A DNA stretch of 64,000 bases, from NCBI GenBank assembly GCA_025786725.1, contig JAHLTZ010000047.1, forward strand, positions 62,001 to 126,000. Direction: 5' to 3'. This DNA comes from Syncephalis fuscata S228. Lineage: Eukaryota; Fungi; Zoopagomycota. Shown here one piece after another: positions 37,080 to 49,590 of this stretch. The notes below the pieces were generated by a model, which searched no databases, was not told the DNA's origin, and was given only the letters and a program-made list of their open reading frames with translations. A program made the translations under genes and the position numbers. Each line of letters starts with the position of its first letter. Position 1 is the stretch's first letter.

Positions 37080-39895
37080 TCATTGCTGGTTAGATGAAGA
37101 AGAAGAAGGAGATATACGTACACCCGAAGGCATGGACGACATCGAGGCTGATGTGCGTCGTTGCTGTTGTGGTATAGATACAGAAGAGGACAAAGCAGAG
37201 GCCGTCATCGTTATTGTAGCCGGAGCGGCAGATGTCGGCGCATGCATACCATGGCCTGGATGATAATAGTACGAAGGCATTGTTACTGTAGGATCTTCTC
37301 CTATATGATCTTCGTCAGTATAGCTTTTTCTGCTGTTATTCGCATTATTGCCACTATTTGTTGTGACTGCTGCTGGTGCGGTAGGCGAATAGGGCATGGG
37401 ATTATAGTAGATGGCGTTACCAGTTGGTGCACCGCCACTATTAGGCGGCATGAATAGTGGCATTGCTCCCGGATAAGGTATGTATGTTGGCGGCATCGAT
37501 TGCGGCGATGGATGATTGGGATCAACGCCAGTTGAATAAGGCACGGAATACTGACTCACTACAGGTCTATTCGTTCTGATTATTAGTATCTATTGTGTAA
37601 TGTATACCATGTTACTTACCGGCCATAATAGCCACCAGCTGATGAATTGCCGCCTGTAGTATTTGTAGCGCCACTGCCGGCACCGGCACCAGTACCACCA
37701 GCACCACTTGTAGCATTGACCGGTGTAACGGGCACTACTAGGCCACTGGCCGTTTGTACAAGAATCGGTTGATGCGATACACTCACTTGCGACGAAGCAC
37801 GATGATGGTGAGCATGGTGAGGATGTGTCTGCGATGGATGCTGATGATGATGTGGATGATGTGGGTGGTGATGGTGTGGATGAATAGCTGGTGGGCCGTG
37901 TGATGTCATCATTTGATAGGGATTGCCATCGGTAATAGGAATAGTTAGACCATTGGCGGTTGTATAAAGATAAACAACTGGACTTGTTGTCGGTGCTGTC
38001 GTTGTAGCCGTTGCCGTTGTATTAGTACCGGTACTTGTAGTGCTAGCTGCACTAGTTGGTGCAGCAGTAGACGCAGCCGAGTTGACCATTGACGTCATGG
38101 TGGATTTCGTCGCAGTAACTGTCGATTGGACGGCATTGGCAGCAGCATTGGCAGCAGCAGCAGCCATACCTGCATTAGCAACCGTTTCTGCCGTAGGACC
38201 AAGTGGCTGAGCTATTGGACTATTTGCAGCTATTGTCGTTACAGTAGATGTTTGTGTGGCCATTTCTTTAACTGCAGCCTGTTCTTCTACCACGGCTACA
38301 TTAGTAACAGCTTTTTCTTTTGGTTTCGGCTGTGATGGTGTCACTGCTGGGTGTGTTGAGAATTTGGCTGCACTATTATTATTGGTCGCTGCAGATGGTG
38401 TACCCGATAATGTCACATTAACAATATTTCCAAAACGTATTTGACGACCCTTAGACGATGATGGTGGCAATGGTGCTGATGGTGTTTCTGTAACATCAAC
38501 AGCAGTTTTATCTAATAGATTTAGTGTTAATTGTGTAAAATGGTTTAATTTAGTTTGATTACCTTTACTTAGTGTTGTATCAGCCTTTTGCTTATTAAAT
38601 GTAGTTGTTCCAGTTTCTACAGCAGGCCTTGGCTTGTATGTCTTTTGATCAGGCTTTAGTGTTGCCACGTAATGATCGCGACCTTCCATGCCTTCTCCTC
38701 GGAATCCACCAAATGACTAAGTATTTGATATTAGTTACTGTTTAATTACATTATTATAATAACTTACACTATTGTCATGCAAGGACACACCTCTGCCTCT
38801 ACCTCTACCTCTACCTCGGAAAGGTCGGCCTCGTCCGGTGGCACGATATAAACCAGTGCTATTTCCTCGATAACCTGTAGGTGTTACTCTTTCTCGCTGC
38901 TGTTCTGTTCGTACTAGCTCTTCGAATCCATCATGGCCCCACTGTCTTCCTGCATTGCCGCTATAGTTATTTGAGACGGCTTTGGTATGAGGTGCTGCTG
39001 TATCAGTCTCTTTTGTTGCCGATTCAGACTCATTTGACTTGATCGGTGTTGGGTTAGCTTTAACGGATTCTTTTGTTGTAGTAGGCGGCACTGCAGATAC
39101 TTTATTCGACTGTTCGCGTACTGGCGGTGTATTTACCTCTTTGGTTACCGCAGTAACAGTACGTTTATTATCATCGTCATTGTTTACATTGCTGTTACGT
39201 GGTCGACTGGGATAAGATGCCATAGATCGCGGATAGCCACGTCCTCGCGGCATAGCACGACTGTACTGCCCTCGTCCACGACTAAAGCCTCGTCCACGCG
39301 GTCGATTACGTAATCCATCAGGCATAAATCGGTCGTCGTGGCCCCAAAATGAACCAATGTGCGGTACAAAGGACGGATCATCGGCTAATCGCTGTCGATA
39401 TTCATTGCGTACCTTTTGTCTTTGTTCAAAGGCATTATCCGCAGCTTTGAATCGGTTGGTTCGCAAACGACCTTCCTCTCTACATCTTGTGGCAAATACT
39501 GGCGGTGATGATGATCGTAATTTACCACCACGTCCTCTAATCGGTCTACCTCTTGTAGAGGGCGCAGTTGTACGTTTTGATTTATTTGTAGCGTTCTGTT
39601 TTTTTGTATCTACTACAGCTTCTTTACTGCTATCACCAACTACTTCGTCTTCTTCAGTAGCTGAATTACCTAACTCTTCTTCTTCTTCGTCGTCGTCGTC
39701 GTCGTCGTCTTCTTCTTCTTCTTCATTTTTATCTTCTGTCTCGTCTTCTTCGTCGTCATTTTCCAATTCACTTTCTTCTTCTTCTTCTTCAGATAAAGTG
39801 CCTACAGTACCCTCAGAATACTCGGACAGAGAGTCTTCCGCCTCATCGGCGTCTTTCTTTCTAACATCGGGTGCACGACGTCGCAAACGATTCAT
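37080..39895 (-). CDS. CASC3/Barentsz (Btz domain) exon-junction-complex protein
   Basis: Btz motifs DPSFVPHIGSFWGHDDR and WGHDGFEE, acidic N-terminus, RG-rich segments; two introns. Confidence 0.75.
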
Positions 39896-40205
39896 AACTG
39901 TAAATAGACACGTGTTAGATGGTTTGTTAGGCTTACAGCCTTCTTCTATTAATGTCAACAACTCACCAGAATAACAACTAATAAAACACGACTGGACTGA
40001 ATAATAGTCGTTTGGAAACGAGGTAGATTCGAATACAGTGGCGTCAAGAGGAAAGTGAGAGCAGATCGTGGAAAAAAGGAGTCGACTTCAACCAAAAGTC
40101 AACCAAAACCAATGTTTTTTCATTATTTCCACCATAATAAACAACAAAATTAAACTTTCATTTATTAAAAATATCGTGTAGTAAACTTTCTTTTTAACAC
40201 CAACA

Positions 40206-41810
40206 ATGGACACCATCATTACCAATACTGCACCACAACCAATGGCTGAAAGCCGGTTAATAGCAGTATTGACTGCACTGCCATCTAGCGACTATTGGCA
40301 GTTTCTTTTATATTTGAATGGTTCGACAGTGGCACGCCTAAGTGCTTGTTGTCATTTATTAAAAGAGAAGATACGGACCGATAGCTTATTATGGCAGTAT
40401 CTTTATCATAACCAGTTTCTAAATAACGAGCTTAAAGTTAAAGAGATGGATTTTGTATATTGGTGTACACGTTCCAGTCCTAATACACAAAACGTGCCAA
40501 ATAGTAATAAATCAAGTGTAATTGATTGGTATGATGTCTATCGACGACGAATCATTACTGAGCAAAATTGGCGATATGGCCGTGGTCAGCGCACTGTTAT
40601 TCCACTGCCCGAACCTGATAAATATAAGCAATGGTCGATTGGTAATAACTCTGCCACAGGCATGATATTATATGGCCATGCGTATGGAAATAATCTACAG
40701 CGTGGTCCTGCTGTGGTAGTCATCGAAGGTACACCCATCAACAATATAGCAACTAATTTAAAAACAAGTGCTATTAATGATTCAAGTAACATGACACTAA
40801 GGCCTACTTTAAAAAGATTAGAATCAAACGAATTGAAAGATAGTAATAAGAACTGTATAACACTTATGAGTAATCAATATATCGTTACAGTCATTAGCTG
40901 TTTCTATTCTAGTACAGTTTACATGGAAATTCGTGAACGAGGCTCGCTTAATCTTAAATCAACAATCCATCTACCTTATCGCTCAAGTATACAAATGATT
41001 AAGGGTCGATGGGCCATGTTCATCTATCGTGAAATGACATATAATGAGGCACATTCTGCCAAACTTATGGTATGGGATATAGAACGCGGTATGGCTTGTC
41101 CCGGCTCAATCGACGATCTTGGCAATACACGGTCATTTCATCAAGTGAACGAGGAGACAGCATATGTATATGTAGCAAAATGTGATTCTGCAACACCAAC
41201 GACTATCCATTGGATGTACTATGTATTTTCAGCAACAGAATCTGTACGTCTCGTAAAACAAAGCAGCTTTCAGACTAGTCAGCGGATTGTTGCATGCTTG
41301 GCAGATTTTACATTTGATTCAACTCGAGCTTTAATTAAAACACTTAATTCTACCCACCAACACCAGTTCTTCCTACACAGCATTGCTGCAGACACACAGC
41401 AACAGCAGCAATTATCAGAACTGCTAATACCAAAAAATAATGCAGCTATTGAATTGGTATTACGCGATATAAGTAGCGACACGAGTGAAATGCAATCTAT
41501 TGTGCAGTTATCTGATGCAAGCGAGAATAATGTCGATATGGATAATTATGTTGGCTGTCAGACTTATGAAGAAATAGATAGATGGAGTTCATCTCGGTGT
41601 CTGCATCTTATCGGGCAATTATGTGTTTTTATTGAGCTTTGTACTTCAGGATTAAAACGTGCAACATTGGTCGATGTTAAGACGAATGCTTCTGTTCGAT
41701 TCTATAGTCCCTATGCTACTAATAATGATTGCGCCTTTTTAATGACCTCATTTATTTGCTTGGTACCTAATCGTAATGAATTGGTCATTGTTGATTATGG
41801 CGCATTGTAA
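40206..41810 (+). CDS. Intronless F-box-like protein with a beta-rich C-terminal region
   Basis: LPSSDYWQFLLYLNGSTVARLSACCHLL..DSLLWQYLY..DWYDVYRRRIITEQNWRYG; 534-aa ORF. Confidence 0.65.
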   Translation: MDTIITNTAPQPMAESRLIAVLTALPSSDYWQFLLYLNGSTVARLSACCHLLKEKIRTDSLLWQYLYHNQFLNNELKVKEMDFVYWCTRSSPNTQNVPNSNKSSVIDWYDVYRRRIITEQNWRYGRGQRTVIPLPEPDKYKQWSIGNNSATGMILYGHAYGNNLQRGPAVVVIEGTPINNIATNLKTSAINDSSNMTLRPTLKRLESNELKDSNKNCITLMSNQYIVTVISCFYSSTVYMEIRERGSLNLKSTIHLPYRSSIQMIKGRWAMFIYREMTYNEAHSAKLMVWDIERGMACPGSIDDLGNTRSFHQVNEETAYVYVAKCDSATPTTIHWMYYVFSATESVRLVKQSSFQTSQRIVACLADFTFDSTRALIKTLNSTHQHQFFLHSIAADTQQQQQLSELLIPKNNAAIELVLRDISSDTSEMQSIVQLSDASENNVDMDNYVGCQTYEEIDRWSSSRCLHLIGQLCVFIELCTSGLKRATLVDVKTNASVRFYSPYATNNDCAFLMTSFICLVPNRNELVIVDYGAL

Positions 41811-42799
41811 TAAAATAAACATTAGTATATTTTATATTAAAATAATGATATATACAATAAATAATAAATAACAGTTATTACTGATATGCAATACTATGGA
41901 TACATAAGGTACGACTGAAAAGAAAAAATGTAAGTTACGTTTAAATTAATTGACCAAAATTAACTAAACTTGTGATTTCAAAAATTAAACACTAAAATAA
42001 GATTTAATCTAAAGTAAATTCGAAACACTCTACAGCGCTCAAACAAGCATAATAAAAGCTGCTATTTAGAAATACCAATATGCTGTGACAATCTATGTAA
42101 TATACATATACGGATAACGTAAAGCTTTGTTAACCAATTACACGTAAATTGCATTTTTGGTCAACTTTTGTTACAAAAATCATTGTTCTATTTCTTATGC
42201 TAATCTGTATAACTAAACACGAAGAATTCGAATCCGGCAGTTATTTTGCTGTATTTTAAGTATATAAGTCATAAATGACTAAAAACTGTTATTTTTGCAC
42301 ATTTATTAGTGTATTATCACAGTTATTACACCATCATGCAATATAGTTACGGTATACTTCGTCAATAGCTATCTACATATTATACCCATACTCATGCAAA
42401 ATACCATACAGTTTGTTTATTGTACGTAAAGCTATACAAAATATTAATAAAGTTTTACTAATTAAATAGTAATGATTATTTTTTTTAATTCACATTGCAT
42501 TGTCTTTTACCAGCTAATTACATTATAATCGCTTTTAAGCTGTTCCTGACTATTATAAGTCGATAGTAAAGTGTTTAAATAAAATGGTAGTTGGTGTTGA
42601 TATCCAATATACTTGCTGTCTTAAGACCACACACATATGGTGTATTGTTCATTATATAGTATAATTAGTCACATTGTTATAGTAATATGACATAATATCA
42701 TAATAATAACAGCATATTAGGATACATGTTTGAGTATCCTACTAAATGATGTTTATTTACCCAATCTGCTTACTTTATAGCAAGTTTAATGAACAAATC

Positions 42800-44059
42800 T
42801 TAGTTTGCTGAACTGCAAATAAATTCCAAAATTACATCATTATATTCGTCTGGATTTTCCGCATGGATAAGATGACTGCAGCCTTTAAACACCTTTAATG
42901 GTGCCTGTAAGATTCTGGCAAGATATTCGGAATTGGTTGGTAAAACAAGACGGTCTATATCCCAGTGCAAACAAGCACCTTTAGATTGCTATCCGAATCT
43001 TGACTAGTTTCTCCTCAGTCATGTAAGGAGTATCAATAGCCTTGAACTGTGCCTGGTAGCCTTTATTTATCTTAGCATAGTTATTGGAGTTGATTGATAG
43101 CACCATCTTAATAAGTGTTATATATTAAATGTTAATATTACAATTAGCAAACAACATTGCATATTAAATACCTCTAGTAAAAACTCTCGATTAGTTTTGG
43201 TAGAATCCATTCTTGACGGAGAATCTAGCCATTTCTAAATGCAGTTAGTATTGTCTGGTCGTTTTGCATCAAATGCTGGCAACTTACAGCAGAGTATACA
43301 TAATCCTGATTTTGCTTGGAACGTGCTACTGGATCTAGATGTGATACATATTCTAAGCGCCTCTTCATATCCAAGTTCTATATATTCTGAGTTAGTACAG
43401 CCTATACAAAGCAGCAAACTATTAATATTTTATAAATGTTTTAACATACCTCTGGGCCATCAATGCCAATAAAAGTGCTTGTCAGGCACACAGACTTAAA
43501 GTACTGCGGATGCTCGTTGGCCAATACCTGTGAAATAAGTCCACCCATACTGACCCCAATAAGATTTATGTCAGATGTCCATTCTAAGTAGTCGAGTAAC
43601 TCAATGGTGTCCATTGCCATGTCACCAATACTATGTTACAATAAAGAGTCAGATGAAATGTGCATTTCAATATACTATGTAATACTTACGTAAAAGGCTC
43701 ATCAGGAACATCTAATAGTTTAAAATAAATCAATGGATTTGATTTAGTTACTTATACAGGCTACTTACCGGAGCTACCTACACCGCGATTGTCAAATATA
43801 CACACTTGGAAATCGTGTTGTGCTAAAAATTGTGCTTGCGATAGCCATGCTTTACCAATAAGTCCTAGGCCTGTCGTTTTTTATTAGCGATACTGCCTGC
43901 TGATTTACTTGTTGTAATTAATATCATTGATGTTATACCCATAATAAGAATAGCCCGTTGTGTTCCAGTACCATAGAGTTCATATGATATATTCAATGGA
44001 CAGGCGCCACGATTGGCAGCCACTTGACAGACCCCTTGGGTGACGGTAGGAAGAGTCAT
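42800..44059 (-). CDS. Alpha/beta hydrolase (multi-exon)
   Basis: ISYELYGTG, CIFDNRGVG, nucleophile elbow IGVSMGG, GCSHLIHAE (catalytic His); probable 1-nt deletion near 42960. Confidence 0.85.
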
Positions 44060-45399
44060 AGTGATAAATAAACTTGAATAGAATATAGGAGTAAACTACG
44101 TCAGTATAATATTGGATAGTATGAAAAGTGGAAATGTTTAAATGACGTATCATATTTGACTTGCTACCTCGTTATTTAAATATCATCATGGCAAGCTACT
44201 GGTTATAGGCCTTTGGAGATATGCGTCACCTCTATGTTTGTAGTACACGGGTAGAATTTCTCAATATAAATACACACAAATAATTTCTGTTTTTAATAAG
44301 GCATTGGTTTTTACTTGTTGTTATTGATAGTCAACTTGTTTTTTATTAGTCATTGATTATCACAGTTCAACTATAATAAACTAAATAGTTTGTATTGTGC
44401 CAAGTAGAAATATAATAGACCTAGAAACGATAGTGTATTTATTGATATTGAATAAAAATATAGGTTTTATTAATTATATCCTTTTTTTAGTTGAGCAGTT
44501 ATAACAGCATGGCCATAATACCACGACAATAAAACACTAAAACACTAAAACTTGATTGCTGATCAGATGATTTTAATACATACATTAGTAATATATAGTG
44601 CGTTTACTAAAATAATTGTTGCTAATATTAGTAATCAATCTAGTCACAGAGATTTAAATTTATCGATCTTTGCTATGTCTAATTCTTACGCTTAGACAAT
44701 AAAATATAGTAAACTACAGATTAGCTCATAATCAAGTCGTAATGACAATAATACGATATTTACAGTAGTGCGCTATGAGCTGATTATTGCTATCAACTAT
44801 AAAAAACATTTATTTCATATAGAATGCCATTAGTCAAGCACAATATTGTAGTATAGTAAGGCAGTATTCATGCAACAGCATTATGGATATAGTTTAATAC
44901 TCGTGTTGAGTGGTTTATTTTTTTAATCATTTAATTCCAAATCAATCAAATTTTAAAGTAATTCACTAGACATAGGTGTATATGAGTTGGTGTTTTTTGA
45001 TATCGTCTACTTCTTAAATTCAATTACATGGATGTAATGGGCTGTCATAATGCTATACCAGTTTATACACAATATATTTCATATTGACACTAGAAATCAA
45101 ATGGAATACATAGTATTAATAAGATGTCTCATTATATTATGACATGCAAACCAACAGAAAGACAACTGCGTATAGCGGATAAGGGAGATGTACTTTAGTA
45201 AACTATTAAAAAAATAAGCAATTACGTGGTTTAATTAAGATTAATGGAAATCGGTTCTAGGTCCCGGTACATTTCTAAAGCATTTGTATTTAATTAGCTA
45301 CCAATATACATGAAATGTGCATAGTTTTGTAATATCATGACTCGTAATGTTAAACTTTGTTTTAGATATTGCAGCTTATATGATTAAAAAGCGACTTGT

Positions 45400-46008
45400 C
45401 CTTACGTTTCTATATATACCAACAAAAGAGCAATATGATCATAAATAATACTGTTTTTAGTTGTAAGCTATATAATGTTCTTTTTTTATTAATATTGCAT
45501 ACCAATAAAGAATAAACAGCATAAAATACTATAATTAAGCAGATGCAAGTGCATGAGTATCAATGATGAAGCTGTAATATGCATGACAGCAAACTAAGTC
45601 AATATCATAATAAATACAGCTAATAATAACAAATGGCGTTTATTAATTATATGTAATAAATAGACAATATGCTGCTATCGAATATGATGAATGAATAAAG
45701 TGCAATTGAAGAAATAAGAATATGTCGTAGGAAAAGTTTTTGTCATTTAAATTAAAGCATTGTAGATAAATAAGAGTGCAGTACTAGTACTTTGTTTTTA
45801 AATATATGTTTCACTGCAATTACAATAGCAGCAGTCGACTAAAGCACAAAAAGTAAAAGCTTATTGTGTAAAAGTACCAGTAACACAAACAACAACTTAG
45901 TATTAACTGTAGCGCTATTGTCAATCTACGAATAATAGAAACATCCATGGATATTAAAATGACGTTGTTTGCATTCACGGACAACATATACAATTTAATA
46001 AAGGTCAT
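45400..46008 (-). pseudogene. Possible decayed multi-pass membrane protein gene
   Basis: Hydrophobic reading fragments broken by many stops; no recognisable family motif. Confidence 0.25.
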
Positions 46009-46907
46009 AATGTTTATTTAAGAATTTATATTATTAAGCTGTCCAATTAGACAATACTCTGTCACTAATCATCACAAATGTTGATGCAATACCGTACGAT
46101 CATTGCTGGCTCTATACAGGAAAGATGTCAAGATAAAAGGTCTGTGCAGCTAAATAGCAACATTTAAAAAAGCAGTCTGTTAACAGTTGACGCATTATAG
46201 CGCATATCAAAAGCAAAATAACGAATGAAATAGGATTAACTAATATTAATAAACTAAATGTAATCCACTTGAGAAAAGTGCAAGCATTGAATATATTGGT
46301 ACTTGATATATAATTATCCTTGACATGTATTGTTTTTGGTATTCAAAATACAGACAGGTTTGTGGAAAATCGCTGTATTTAATATACAATGCTAAAAACG
46401 GTGACAATCCTGTCATGCATCCAAACAATGATTTTCTTTACATGTATATTATTAAATAAAATCTATTGGACAGACTAGAGACGATTTATGTGCTCATTCG
46501 AATACAGTAACTATTTGATAGCTTATACATTAACAAGATTGAATATGTGAATTGGAAGAAGTAATAGCGACAAGGTAATGCTGTATCTTACTGTCTAGAC
46601 AATCATAGACAAGCCTATACTTACGCAGTACACAACGAATTTACGTATTTGCAACAATTTGTTTTATTCATTATATACAAACAAAAAAATAACAAAATTA
46701 CACAGCATACAATTGCGGACAATTAGCATCCATAAAAAATGCATTGTCAGTTTCGGCTTCACGTGGTTCTATTTTAGTACCTTGATAATTTCACATTTTT
46801 ATTAATAATTCCTGTACAGGTTTATTTTATTCACTTTTCTTGTGTTACTTCTCACGACAAAATAATTTTGACTTGCTCATTAGCCTAGCAACGCAGTAAT
46901 TTTAATT

Positions 46908-48666
46908 ATGAATTTGAATATTGGCAACTTAATATGGATGTCAGCAAAGCCAATTTTAAAGCTGGCCATTATTGCTGGTAAGTGTACAGTAAGTCCACGG
47001 ATTGCAAGTCTCCTTGGCAATTATTTGAACTGCCGCTGACCAGGGCACATTGCTCATTTATTGTAGGGGGCGGTATGGCGCTATCTCGGGCAGGCATTCT
47101 AACGGCCTCTGCGTCTAAGAATTTATCCAAGGTAATGAACAGATATGGTTAGTTGGTATGTATTGGTCTAATGGCAATTGCTATTAGATTATCGTCAATT
47201 TATTAATGCCATGCCTACTTTTTGCCAATATGAGCGCATCGTTATCAAGTGATAATCTTAAACAGCTTGGGTAAGTGGCTAGGGATGTATGCCTGTTGCT
47301 ATGCTAGCATCTAATGCTTTCATATGATATATATATATATGTAAATACCAATGATCATTTATAGTGTTATGCTAGCTGCAAGCGTTTTCTATGTGTTGCT
47401 TGGCCTTGGAGCCGGCACACTTATGAAGCGGTTTCTTTGCCCTCCTGCACGGTTTAAAAACGGAATTATTGGTTAGTTAGCTAGATGTCATATTTACTCG
47501 TTGATCTGACTTAATAAATAAATAAATAAATGAATAGCTGCATCCGGCTGGAGTAATTGGGTAAATAGCGAGCATTAATGTAAGCTAGTTTAATGAATTA
47601 TTAACGTGTTTAATATGTTAGGGAGATTTGCCATTGGCCATTATATTATCGGTCGGTGATATGGCGCCATTCCAACAGGGAGATTCCATGCTAGGATTGG
47701 CGTTTGTTTCGGCACTTATTTGCGTATTTAATGTTACGCTCTTTCCGATGGGCGGACATCGAATAGTAGAAAAAGATTTTAAACGGCCATTTTGTCATTC
47801 ATCAATTGAGCGTAACAACGACGTTTCTGATTTACCTAATGAGCAGCCAATGGCCGAAGTAGCCCCGATGACTACTTGTCGAAATTCAATACCAAATGAA
47901 TATAGTATTATGGAGCCAAAGTCTATGCCAAATGCTGATTTGACAATCGAGGTTGAAAACTCGGTAGAAATGAATCATGGCATTAATCGTTCTGCAGGAA
48001 CTAACACCACAAATATTGATTCTGGTAATTAATTTAAAATATGTCTTTGCTTTATTAATTGTTTAATAATTAGGCATTACAAAGTTACGGCTATGGGCGT
48101 TTTCATATTTTTCCTTAAACTCAGTAAAACACTTTCTTATCAATCTACTATCACCAACCAATCTCGGTGTATTCTTGGGGCTTATCGTAGCATTTACTCC
48201 ACCAATACGTCAGCTATTTGTGCGATCATCGGATGCCAATGCATCTGAGCCACCCCTCTATTTCCTGCTTGATACTGCCTCATTTATCGGGGCCGGTTCT
48301 GTACCGCTAAGTATTACTAATCTTGGGGCGGCACTGGCCAAAATGAAGCTTAAATCTGTGCATCCATTATCGGCTAGTGGTCTTGCGATTTTCAAACTAA
48401 TAATTACGCCGATTATTGCAATTTTTGTGCTTGATCCGCTGTTGGTACATGGCCTACATTGGGTTGATCCAGCAAGCGATCGTGCATTGCGCTTTGTTTA
48501 CATGCTTGCTGGTTGTATGCCCACGGCGACCACTTGCCTTTTACTGACTCAGCTTTATAGCCCGGATGGCCAAGCACGCGAAGTAGCAGGTGCGCTTGTT
48601 ATTCAGTATGTAGCCGGTATATTAACAATGGTTGGAGCACTTTGTCTTATTATTGGGCGTATTTAG
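46908..48666 (+). CDS. Auxin-efflux-carrier (PIN-like / Ecm3, Mem_trans) transporter
   Basis: IWMSAKPILK, MPCLLF, SNWGDLPLAI, FIGAGSVPLSITNLGAAL, KLIITPII, CMPTAT; several introns. Confidence 0.88.
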
Positions 48667-49590
48667 CATTAAACTATAGATTGTATGATTATTAATAATT
48701 AAATAAAGATAGCTTAATTTTTAAATGCTAAAATATAAATGCTACTTTCAATGCAATAACACTCAAACTATCCATCTCGACAATAATATTGGCATTGAAT
48801 TAATTTAGTTCGTTATTGTTTGTTTGGTGGTCAAATGACTAACATTTAATAACAGCCAATCTATTAAACATGATGATGAATGGTGAATGACATTAAAGTT
48901 TAAAATACCCATTATCATAGATTTATTATCCAGTATGCATATATCCATCATTTAATTATTTCATTTTCATTGTATTTTTATTTTATTATCTATTATTTTA
49001 CGCATATTTAGTCTTGTTTTATTCAAAACTGCTATTTGTTTGGCGCTAACTCTTTTATTTATATTCTTGATTTATTCACTCACTCATCATAATATACATT
49101 ATAATCAATATTTATTCGAATTATAGCATTATACTAGCTTACAGTTACATCTTAAGTATGAACAAAGCCATACAATAGTACACAGACTATATAAAGTCAT
49201 GTTTTAATGATCGTATTAAACGGTATAGCCAGTAATGGCCAATATAGAAACGATGAAACAACAAGGTGACGTGGCAAATCATCATCCACACAATGGCACA
49301 CTCAGCCTATCAACGAAGATTTAATAAACAATTAAATTGGTAAATACTCAATGCCGCCATCATCACACCCACCGCTTTTCGTACTTTACACCTTACCGCG
49401 GTTCCCATTCTCTTTCCATCTCTTTCTTCATACTATTACTGTCATTACCATTGTTAAGATTGGTTTGCTGCCAGTACCTACCCCCCTCTTATCTCCCTTC
49501 GTGTTTGTTTATTCCTTGAACTCGGCGCACGTGTGTATCTTTTGGTAGGGCAGCGCCAGCCTTGTTACGCGCTTTCCTCTATTTGACACG

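Noticed and set aside
39357-39974. 205-aa Ser-rich plus-strand ORF
   Set aside because: Antisense shadow of the GAA/GAC-rich acidic region of CASC3.
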